NCBI GenBank assembly: GCA_963710605.1
Contig: CAVQBA010000006.1
Span: forward strand, 704,001 to 768,000
Source: an uncultured cyanobacterium
Lineage (GTDB): Bacteria; Cyanobacteriota; Cyanobacteriia; Cyanobacteriales; Cyanobacteriaceae
Direction: 5' to 3'
DNA: 64,000 nt
Shown piece after piece: positions 32,216-41,313 of the stretch. Within the stretch, counting starts at the first letter, position 1. Every line of letters starts with the position of its first letter. The position numbers were made by a program, and so were the translations under genes. The notes beneath the pieces were generated by a model, which saw nothing but the letters and a program-made list of their open reading frames with translations, was not told the DNA's origin and did no database searches.

Positions 32216-32554
32216 CTAGAATTTTTTATTCTTACTTAAATTTTTACTCCAAACACTGGTAATTAAGGCAAAACAAGTAATTAGATAAGTAGTGGTTAGT
32301 ATCCCATTCATGTATAGTAATTTGAGTGACCATAAATCCCCACTGAGATTCCCACCGAGGCTAAGACTACTATAAATAATTAACCAGATTAAAGTTACTC
32401 TAACTGATAAACGACTAGTTTTAATTTCTTGAGAGTCTAAATTGTTAGATGATTTGTTCGCTAATCTAATTCCTGCCCAGATAGCACCGACAAAAGGCAT
32501 GAGATACAGAGATAGTTGAAGTTTATCTAAATTGTCTTGACGATCGTCTTTCAT
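32216..32554 (-). CDS. Conserved membrane hypothetical protein
   Basis: Three hydrophobic segments; downstream of smpB on the same strand. Confidence 0.65.
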   Translation of the reverse strand: MKDDRQDNLDKLQLSLYLMPFVGAIWAGIRLANKSSNNLDSQEIKTSRLSVRVTLIWLIIYSSLSLGGNLSGDLWSLKLLYMNGILTTTYLITCFALITSVWSKNLSKNKKF

Positions 32555-32587
32555 AGCTAAATTATGATTAATAATAACATCGATCGA

Positions 32588-33052
32588 TTAAAAACGTTTC
32601 ATTGCCCGAGCCATTTCTCTTTGGTCATCTCTACGCTTGACTGTTTCTCGTTTATCATGAAGTTTTTTACCTTTACCAACTCCTAGAAGTACTTTAACCC
32701 AATCTTTTTTAAAATACATTTTTAAAGGTACTAAAGTCAAACCTTTTTCTTGTAATGAACCGATTAACTTATTGATTTCTTTTTTGTGTAATAATAATTT
32801 ACGATCGCGTGTAGGTTCGTGATTAAAATACTTACCGCTGATCTCATAAGGCGAAATATGCACATTAGCCAACCAAGCTTCACCATCACGAATAAAAGCA
32901 TAACCATCACGTAAATTTACTCTACCCGCACGGATTGATTTTACTTCCGTACCGACTAATTCAATACCAGCTTCGTAAGTATCGCTAATATGATACAAAT
33001 ATCTTGCTTGACGATTGTCACTGATAGCTTTTGTACGGGATTTATCACTCAT
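32588..33052 (-). CDS. smpB: SsrA-binding protein
   Basis: NRQAR, EAGIELVGTEVKS, RKLLLHKKEI and GKKLHDKR motifs. Confidence 0.97.
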   Translation of the reverse strand: MSDKSRTKAISDNRQARYLYHISDTYEAGIELVGTEVKSIRAGRVNLRDGYAFIRDGEAWLANVHISPYEISGKYFNHEPTRDRKLLLHKKEINKLIGSLQEKGLTLVPLKMYFKKDWVKVLLGVGKGKKLHDKRETVKRRDDQREMARAMKRF

Positions 33053-33198
33053 TCAACCAGACCAATTAAAACGTAAATATTTTTGTAATTTCAAACAGTT
33101 TTTCTATTATAACGACAAATCAAAGAGATTAGGAAACAAAATATTTTTAGTCAAGGGATTTACTTACTTTTTGCTTTGATTTACTTGAAAAATAAAAC

Positions 33199-33307
33199 TA
33201 TAGCAATTATTAGTATTATGAAGTGCTTGCTCGATCCCCCTAAATCCCCCTTGACAAGGGGGACTTACAAATATAAACCGGACCTTATAAATGTGGGAAA
33301 CGCTATA
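33199..33307. mobile_element. 109-bp MITE-like element with TATAGC ends
   Basis: Inverted homologue of 22030-22138; contains TCCCCCTAAATCCCCCTTGACAAGGGGGA. Confidence 0.7.
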
Positions 33308-33385
33308 TCATATTAAATAAATGTTAGATAATCGAACACCTTTAAAAATAACTGACCGTTTATTGGTCAAACTACTTTTCAATTC

Positions 33386-35102
33386 TTATCTACTTCTTTG
33401 CCACCATGTTGTGATAGCGGCGACTAAACTCAAAGCAGGAATAATTAAAAGTGCTAACCAACTAATTAAAATCGATTTGTTTCTACTCATATTCAAACGG
33501 CGATTAGTGGCTTGTTTAGGACTTATTGAAAGGGTTTGCTCGTTTTCGTTAGCTAACCAAGCGATCGAATTTAAGAAAAAATCACTATTGAGTTGTTGCC
33601 CAAACCAACCATCGGTGGCAAAATTACTATTACCAATTACAATCATTTTTTGAGTTGGTTGATTGTTGGTAATATTTTGCTCTGGAATTGCTGGTTTTTA
33701 TTGGCTGATTCGGGGTTTTTAGATCAGGTGGTTCTGGCAAATCATTTCCTCCTAAAGCTAAATCAGGAGGTGTTTGTGTTGATGTGGGCGGAGTATCTAT
33801 ATTTGGTTCTACTTCTTGTTGTGATTGATTTTCAGGTGTTGATGTTGATTCTTCTGTCTTAGTTTTGACAGAGGCAACAGCTAAAACTAATGGTGGTGGG
33901 ATGTCTTCTGTGGGATTAAATTCGACATTTTGTTCTTCTAAATCTGTTTCGCCCCATGATTGGTTGGTGGTGATGAGTAGTGGCGTAGTTTCAATATTAG
34001 CCATAGCAGTGGTTATAATCGGTTTTGCCCAAGGAAGAATTACCAAGCCTTCATCAAAACCTGTGGTGATAGGATGATCATTATAATTAAGGATAATGCT
34101 AATTGAAGGACCAAAACCAAAGACATCACCTGTACCCGAAGAATCGATCGCTAAACTATCATTAAGATTAATTCCCCATTGATTTAAGATATCGCCTAAA
34201 CTATTAGTACTTTGAGCATTAGACATGAGCAATAAGTTACCGCCTCGATCGATATATTGCTCTATTTTTTCTTTTTGCACTTGAGATAATTGTCCTTCTC
34301 CATCACTAACTAACAAAATATTAGTTGTAGGAGGTACAAGAGGTGATGTGGTTAAATTAAGTGGTTCGACGATATAACCTCGTTGGCTTAAACTTTCTAC
34401 AAGTTGAGCAAAACTTGTTTCTCCTCCTTGTTGTAATAGAGGTTCGCCATTTCCTTGTAAAATAGAAATCGTTGCTTGATTTTCTTTTTGAATAAATGCG
34501 ATCGCTTCTGTTAATTTAACTTCAGAAAGTCGATTTTCAGCCGAGACAATTTGGACTAGTTTACTTCTATTTTCGTATTCGAGATACACATCACCATTAC
34601 GAGTAACATTAAATTTTTGAGCTAAACTAATATCAACTTGAGGATCAACAAATTGATATTCAAATAAATTATTTATAGCTTGATAATCTTCGAGTATTTG
34701 TTTGTCTATTTCATTAATTGGTCGATCGAAAACATATACCTGTAAAGGGGCAGGAAGATTTTTGACTAACTGTTGGGTTTGAGGAGAAAGTGTAAAAAGT
34801 TGGTTTTCGGTTAAATCAATCTTGAGAGGATATTTAATTGCTAAAAAATTAATTAAGATAATAATTAAGACAATTGAAGTAGCAGAAACTATACCGTTAG
34901 TTGCTACTTCAGTATAACGCATTTGCCAAAAGCCTTTACTAGTAGAAACAAATAAAACTAAACTTGCTATAATGCAACCTATACCGATAACGATCGTTGT
35001 GACAATAACAGCAGAAGAACTATTGATAATTTGAATCGTGACAATTCCGATAAAAAGTAAAAAGATTCCTAATAAAAAAAGAAGATTGATATATATTTTC
35101 AT
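33386..35102 (-). CDS. GldG-family ABC transporter auxiliary protein; frameshift near 33697
   Basis: IDLTENQLFTLSPQT and NDHPIT; second frame gives VIGNSNFATDG...NSDFFLNSIAWL and a C-terminal TM helix ending WWQRSR. Confidence 0.85.
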
Positions 35103-35458
35103 ATTTACTCTAAACAGTCAACTTTACCCCTAATAAGATACGATCGTTTTTTGGCAAAATTATTAACTATTAAACAAAAACAAATTAATAATATAGTCAT
35201 TTTATCTGAGTTATGAAAAGTATTGACATAGATATTAATAATTTAGCCTGTAAATTACTCTAATAGTTGATATTTAATCACTGAAGTATTTATGAATTAA
35301 TAGTATATATTTGTTAACATCATAGTGCAAATTAGGCTTTTAATTATTAAGCTAAGAAGAGAATAAATTTGATGAGTGAGAAGTAATAACTAATAAATAG
35401 AATTAATTAATCTGAATTTTTTTCCAATAGTCAACTACTCCACTATTTTTAATTGACA

Positions 35459-36613
35459 ATGGCAACTATTTTAATCATAGACGATGATCCTACAGTGCAA
35501 ATGCTTTTGAGTAGAGCATTAGCTAAAAGTGGTTATGAGATACAAATTGCTAAAAATGGATTAGAAGGATTAAATCTCGCCAATCATTTAAAACCCGCTT
35601 TAGTTATTTGTGATTGGTTAATGCCTGAGTTATCAGGTTTAGAAGTCTGTCAAGAGATTAAAAAAAATGCTGATTTAGCTACTACTTTTTTTATTTTAAT
35701 CACCTCTCGTGTTTCTATTCAAGATCGAATACAAGGTTTAGATGCCGGTGCGGATGATTTTATTTGTAAACCGATCGATTTACAAGAATTAAAAGCCAGA
35801 GTTAGGGCAGGCTTAAGGTTACACCAATTAAGTGAAGATTTACACAAACAAAAACTACTTCTAGAAACAGAATTAAACGAAGCCGCAGAATATGTCAGTA
35901 ATCTTTTACCTGAGCCTTTTGAGGATGAAAAACTTAAAGTTGATTTTCGTTTTATTCCTTCTCGACAATTAGGTGGTGATATTTTTGATTATTTTTACTT
36001 AGACCAAGAAAATTTTGTCTTTTATTTATTAGATGTTTCTGGACATGGTTTAAAAGCCGCTTTACCTTCGATTTCGATCGTTAATTTATTAAGAAGTCGT
36101 AGTTTGGGTAACACCAATTATGCCCAACCACGTGATGTTTTAGCACATCTGAATGATTACTTTCAAATGACTATTAAAAATGACAAATATTTTACTATCT
36201 GGTATGGAGTCTATAACACGATAACCCAGAAACTTACATTTAGTAGTGCAGGACATCCACCTTGTATTGCAATTCATCTATCAAACAATAATCAGCCAAA
36301 TACTTATCAACGTTTAAAAACAAAAGGTATTCCTATAGGTATGTTTCCTAACCTTACCTATCAACAATCAAGTATCTATATTTCAAATACTACCGATTTA
36401 TACTTATTTAGTGATGGAGTTTATGAAATTCATAATCAAGCTGAAGAACTATTAGGTCTCAATAACTTTATCGGAATTTTGCAACAAAGTCATCATAACT
36501 TGCCAGAAATTTTGACAACTCTTAATATTTATAGCAGTAATTCTTATTTTCATGACGATTTATCAATTTTAAAATTAAGCCTTAACAATTTACCAGTAAT
36601 GAGTAATGAGTAA
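35459..36613 (+). CDS. Response regulator with PP2C/SpoIIE phosphatase domain (RsbU-like)
   Basis: REC domain; LGGDIFD, DVSGHG, FSDGV and DDLS motifs. Confidence 0.92.
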   Translation: MATILIIDDDPTVQMLLSRALAKSGYEIQIAKNGLEGLNLANHLKPALVICDWLMPELSGLEVCQEIKKNADLATTFFILITSRVSIQDRIQGLDAGADDFICKPIDLQELKARVRAGLRLHQLSEDLHKQKLLLETELNEAAEYVSNLLPEPFEDEKLKVDFRFIPSRQLGGDIFDYFYLDQENFVFYLLDVSGHGLKAALPSISIVNLLRSRSLGNTNYAQPRDVLAHLNDYFQMTIKNDKYFTIWYGVYNTITQKLTFSSAGHPPCIAIHLSNNNQPNTYQRLKTKGIPIGMFPNLTYQQSSIYISNTTDLYLFSDGVYEIHNQAEELLGLNNFIGILQQSHHNLPEILTTLNIYSSNSYFHDDLSILKLSLNNLPVMSNE

Positions 36614-36745
36614 CGTCTTAAGAAGAGGATTCGAGAATCTTAGACAGAAATATGTGAGTGTTTCTTTTCGCCTTCAAAAATGGTTACTGAGCGGATTTGA
36701 GAAGTTCACTGTATTACGTTGTCGAAACTCAGCATAAATTCTCAA

Positions 36746-37645
36746 TTATTCCCCTAGACTAATTACATCATGAAAATTATTATCTTCGATGTAACGAGTA
36801 CCACTACTAGTCATTTTGACAATATCAACAAAACGATAATCCCACAAAATATCTTCAGCTAGATAAATATGACGACTGTGAATTGTTTGTGATACTGTAG
36901 CATCAATACCAACTAAAGTGATAAATATTTGGTAATCTCCTTCAAGGAATGAATCTTTACTGATAGCAAACAAAGGGCTGTGTTCATCAATTGGGTGCAT
37001 AATAACCCATGTTAAAGCCAGAAAAGGACTTTCATTTCTAACTAAAGGTAAATCATAAAGACGACGCATTTTATGCCCTTCTTTAGTAATTTCATCGGGT
37101 AATAGCAAACTAACTCGAATTTGAGCTTCTACAATCCAGTTATTACGCATATTAGCAACCCTAAACATCAAAGTTGAAATACCATTGTAAGGGCAAACAA
37201 CAGCCACATTACTAAACATCATCCTTGCTGTCGGGCGAGAAAAACGAGCAAACATCAAACTTGTCGCCATTGCAATTAATAATAAACCAAATAAGACCTC
37301 GATCGAGACTAAAAGGTGTGCATAACGAGTTTGAGGATACATTGCACCATAACCGATAGTAGCCATTGTCTGGACACTAAAAGCAAAAGCATCAAAAAAA
37401 GAAACTGCACTTTCGTGAGAAATAGAATCAGGTTGCAGTAAATAAGCACAGGCAAAAATACTGTTGAGTGAAAAGTAAACTACAGTAATTAAACAGAGAA
37501 ATTGCCACAACGGGATAGTTAATAAAAAGTGATATATATCATCCCAATCAAAAAAAGTTTCTCCTAATTTAACAAACTTATCGCCTTTTTTTCTTACAAC
37601 AATTGTTTTTGGTTTATTTTGTTGTAAGCGTTTTTTTCGCCCCAT
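36746..37645 (-). CDS. Inward-rectifier potassium channel (KirBac type)
   Basis: FSVQTMATIGYG selectivity filter, FARFSRP and HPIDEHSPL motifs. Confidence 0.93.
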   Translation of the reverse strand: MGRKKRLQQNKPKTIVVRKKGDKFVKLGETFFDWDDIYHFLLTIPLWQFLCLITVVYFSLNSIFACAYLLQPDSISHESAVSFFDAFAFSVQTMATIGYGAMYPQTRYAHLLVSIEVLFGLLLIAMATSLMFARFSRPTARMMFSNVAVVCPYNGISTLMFRVANMRNNWIVEAQIRVSLLLPDEITKEGHKMRRLYDLPLVRNESPFLALTWVIMHPIDEHSPLFAISKDSFLEGDYQIFITLVGIDATVSQTIHSRHIYLAEDILWDYRFVDIVKMTSSGTRYIEDNNFHDVISLGE

Positions 37646-37666
37646 TTTGTTTTAAAAAATTGTAGA

Positions 37667-39889
37667 TTATTGTGGTAGTAAATTATGTTGAATCAGACAA
37701 ATTTGAGATGCCATTTGTTTTGCTTCTTTTTTATTTTTACCGTATCCTATTGATTTTAATGTTTTTTGATGGTGGATGAAGGTAAGTGTACAAACAAAAA
37801 GGTTGTCAATCTCTTCAAATTGATAACTTAGTTTATCTTCAGGATTTAGTTGCGATAATTCGTTTAATTGAGATACCCAATTGTTGACATTAGGTTGAGC
37901 AAACTTAGGAGTAAAATTAATTGACAACTGTGTATTATCTAAAACTGCTGAATCAATTTCTGCGACAGGTTGAGGTTGCTTGATTAATTGCTGATTAATA
38001 TATGCTTGAATATAAGCTAACGCCGCTTTTTGTTTAGCTTGGCTTTTTTTAGTATCTAACCTTGGTATTGGATGAGTTAAGCCATCAATATAACAATAAG
38101 CAGAGTATTGTTTGGTTTGGGCTAGATAATCAATTTGATAGTCAATTTGGGTATTAGTTAGTTGTGAATGAATAAAGACAACTGAAATACCATCTATATT
38201 TGGATAATCAAAAAACTGATTAATTTTGGCGGTAAACCAAATTTTGTATAAATCTTTTGGCGGTAGTTTTTCTATTCGTTGCTCGATCGCTTTTAATACG
38301 TTATCATCATTAAGATCTGATTTAAGATAACGATCGATTATTTTTGAGAACTCTTTATCATCAATATTAGCCTTATTTTTAATCTGATCAAGATTAGTTT
38401 TTGTTTTTGTTTTTGGTTCAATAGTTAAAGGTTTAGTGATTAAATTATCTTCAATGTATCCTTTAATTGTTGCTAAAGCCGCTTTTTGTTTTGCTTTACT
38501 TTTTTTACTGTCTGCGACGGCTTCAATCGTCGTCAACCCATCAAGATAACAATGACACAAATGTATTTGTTGCGATTCAATATGTTTGTAAGTATAACTT
38601 ACCACTGTATCGTCTAATTGAGATCTGACTAACAAGACTGAAACTGTATCTATCTCTTCTTGCCAAAAATCATTTATTTTACCGACAAACCAAAGATAAT
38701 AAAAATCTTTAGGTTGTAATTCTTTAACTCTTAATTTTAATTGAGGAATAATAGTTTTTATTGTTGATTGATTAACACAATATTTTATTAAGTCTGACAA
38801 CTCTTCGCTGGATACATTAGCTACTTTTAATCGTTCTAAATTACTATACTTATATTCTAATTCTTGTTTTCTTCTTCCTTTTAAATAATTAGCTTTATCT
38901 AATTTTAATTGATTAGTATAATCATTAATATAAGTACAAATATCGCTTAATTCTAATAATGAATAGGGGGAAGATTTTTTTTGAAGAATTTGTTTTAAAA
39001 TACGATGATTTACTAAATCGACAAAACGGCGTAAAGGACTAGTAAAGTGAGTATAATTAATTAAACCTAAACTAACGTGAGACTTTGATATCGGTTCGTA
39101 TTGAGCAGGCACTAAACAATGCCCCATGTTTTTAATCGCTAATTTAAAATTGAGTGTACCAACATCTTGGGTTCGATAGATGGCTTGAATATCTTTTTGG
39201 GCTAAAAAATCAGCGATCGTTTTATTAGTTAAAATCATCAATTCAGCAATTAATTGATGGGCGTTAATATTGTCTTTAATTAAATTACCATCTTCATCTA
39301 TATAACCTTCTTCAGTTAAAATTCCTGACTTTCCGCCTCTATTTTTACTTATCAATTGCGATATTTTTTGCAGATTACAAAGTATTTTATGCTCAGGAAT
39401 CTTTTGTGGATTTTGCAGAATATTTTCTACTTCTTGATAACTAAAAGCTTTTTTGTTTGTAAAAATTGTCTCTTTTATTTCATAAGAATTAATCTTACCG
39501 TGACGATCGATAATAAAAAAAACTGTCATCGCTAAAGTCGGTTTATCTTCATCTAGCGAGCCTAAATTCGTACTAATTTTATGAGGTAACATCGGTGTGG
39601 GTGGCTGAGTATGATATAAAGTTACCACTCTTTGATTTGCTTCTAAATCGATCGGTGAATCTTTATTTACTAATTCAGAGACATCAGTGATACTAACTTG
39701 TAATTCATATTTATCGTCATCAAGAGGGATTAACCAAATACCGTCATCTCTATCTACTGTCGTCATATCATCAATTGTTATTCCCCATACAGGTAAACGA
39801 TGATGATAGTCATTCAAATTCAAGTTTATTTTTTGAGCTTGTACAATATGTTGTTGATCAAATTTTCTAGGTAGAATATTCACTTTCAT
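37667..39889 (-). CDS. RNB-domain (RNase II family) ribonuclease with C-terminal dsRBD-like modules
   Basis: TIDDMTTVDRDDGI and YTHFTSPLRRFVDL; three KKxxAKQxA helices. Confidence 0.85.
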   Translation of the reverse strand: MKVNILPRKFDQQHIVQAQKINLNLNDYHHRLPVWGITIDDMTTVDRDDGIWLIPLDDDKYELQVSITDVSELVNKDSPIDLEANQRVVTLYHTQPPTPMLPHKISTNLGSLDEDKPTLAMTVFFIIDRHGKINSYEIKETIFTNKKAFSYQEVENILQNPQKIPEHKILCNLQKISQLISKNRGGKSGILTEEGYIDEDGNLIKDNINAHQLIAELMILTNKTIADFLAQKDIQAIYRTQDVGTLNFKLAIKNMGHCLVPAQYEPISKSHVSLGLINYTHFTSPLRRFVDLVNHRILKQILQKKSSPYSLLELSDICTYINDYTNQLKLDKANYLKGRRKQELEYKYSNLERLKVANVSSEELSDLIKYCVNQSTIKTIIPQLKLRVKELQPKDFYYLWFVGKINDFWQEEIDTVSVLLVRSQLDDTVVSYTYKHIESQQIHLCHCYLDGLTTIEAVADSKKSKAKQKAALATIKGYIEDNLITKPLTIEPKTKTKTNLDQIKNKANIDDKEFSKIIDRYLKSDLNDDNVLKAIEQRIEKLPPKDLYKIWFTAKINQFFDYPNIDGISVVFIHSQLTNTQIDYQIDYLAQTKQYSAYCYIDGLTHPIPRLDTKKSQAKQKAALAYIQAYINQQLIKQPQPVAEIDSAVLDNTQLSINFTPKFAQPNVNNWVSQLNELSQLNPEDKLSYQFEEIDNLFVCTLTFIHHQKTLKSIGYGKNKKEAKQMASQICLIQHNLLPQ

Positions 39890-39904
39890 CAAAATTTAAA
39901 ATAT

Positions 39905-40867
39905 ATGAACAAATATCGTCTTTTAAATCTATCTATTTTTTATTTCTTTACTATAAATACGATCGTTTTGATTTTACTTTCTTTATTAGGATATTTAGGA
40001 AAGTACAATATGTATTTAGAATTACTAACAAATTTCAAATTGCAATTATTTTTATTATCTTTAATTATCTTAGTCTTTTTTCTTTTGAAAAGGCATTTGT
40101 TAGGAATATTTTTAGCTTCTTTTTGTCTTTTAATAAACTCATTAGTAGTTATACCTTGGTATATTGGTTCATCTAATTTGAACTACAACTATAACAGTGA
40201 TCTTAAAGTTCTTGTGTTCAATGTTTTACATAACAACAAAAAATATGCCAACACTATTTCATTAGTAGAAACAGAAGTACCTGATATTGCTGTGTTTTTA
40301 GAAGCCAAATCTAGTTGGGTTGAATCCTTAGAATTATTATCTCCTAATTATCAATACCATTTGAGTTACCCAAAGTTACAAATAGAAATTTATAGTCAAA
40401 TACCTTTAAATAATACTCAAGTTGATGTGTATGGAGATTACCGAGGTGTAGTGACATCAAACTTTAATATTGCCGGAAAAGAATTAGTATTTATTGCAAC
40501 TCACGCTTATCCTCAGCTTTATTATGGCGTAGAGGGTTTTCAAATCAGAAACGATCAATTACTACAAGGTATAGGTAATTATGTTAATCAAATCTCAAAA
40601 CCTGTCATTTTAGTAGGTGATTTGAATGCGACAATGTGGTCACCTTTTTATCAAGAAATGATTAAAAATTCAAAGTTAAAAAATGCTCGTCAAGGGTTTG
40701 GTATATTACCAACTCAATCAAGTATTTCTCCTGATATAAGTTGGTTATCCATACCTTTAGATCATTGTTTAATTAGCGAGAAGATTCAAGTAAAAAATAT
40801 CAAAACAATCAGTAATATGGGTTCAGATCATTTACCTTTAATTATCGAATTAGGAATCAGTAGTTGA
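39905..40867 (+). CDS. Membrane-anchored endonuclease/exonuclease/phosphatase family protein
   Basis: Three N-terminal TM helices; FNV, GDLNAT, LDH and SDHLP motifs. Confidence 0.88.
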   Translation: MNKYRLLNLSIFYFFTINTIVLILLSLLGYLGKYNMYLELLTNFKLQLFLLSLIILVFFLLKRHLLGIFLASFCLLINSLVVIPWYIGSSNLNYNYNSDLKVLVFNVLHNNKKYANTISLVETEVPDIAVFLEAKSSWVESLELLSPNYQYHLSYPKLQIEIYSQIPLNNTQVDVYGDYRGVVTSNFNIAGKELVFIATHAYPQLYYGVEGFQIRNDQLLQGIGNYVNQISKPVILVGDLNATMWSPFYQEMIKNSKLKNARQGFGILPTQSSISPDISWLSIPLDHCLISEKIQVKNIKTISNMGSDHLPLIIELGISS

Positions 40868-40962
40868 TAATTAGTAATTGGTAAAAGGCTAGGCATGACG
40901 GCGTACTTCCTTCACCGCAAATGACTTCAGGTAAGCATGCAAAGGTAAATTTTGCTCGAGAA

Positions 40963-41165
40963 CGTAGTACCACAAAATTAATTGGATGTAGTGATACTTC
41001 AAAGTTTTATTGTGAGCAGAAGCATTTTCTCTCGTCGAGGGTGTAAGCCGTCCTGGTGGACATCCCTTGCGGGCGTGTAGCATCTGAGCGGAATTCCACC
41101 GCTTACACCCCTGCCTTTGAAGGGGAGGATTCGGGATTATACAAATAATTTTGCATAGGTACTTA
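40963..41165. mobile_element. MITE-like element (29819 family) whose REP loop is interrupted by the 53-bp mini-element at 41050-41102
   Basis: GTAGTACCACAAAATTAATT left end, AATTTTGCATAGGTACTTA right end; GGGTGTAAGCC|insert|TTACACCCCT. Confidence 0.7.
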
Positions 41166-41313
41166 TAGCCAATTAAATAAATTTAAGATTTAATTCTCCT
41201 AATTATAGCTCATCATCAATAAAAAAATCTTGCTAATCCTAACATCCCCAAAATCCTGATTAAGACAATGAGGAATTAAGTTATTACATCTGTGGCATAT
41301 CTCAACTAATTAA

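Noticed and set aside
33321-34077. Three plus-strand ORFs
   Set aside because: Antisense shadows of the GldG gene
40889-41083. 64-aa ORF or HEARO/omega-RNA-like element (CTACGTT on the minus strand)
   Set aside because: The ORF runs across nested repeat elements, and CTACGTT spans the junction between the MITE end and the adjacent segment; there is no iscB/tnpB or tnpA nearby
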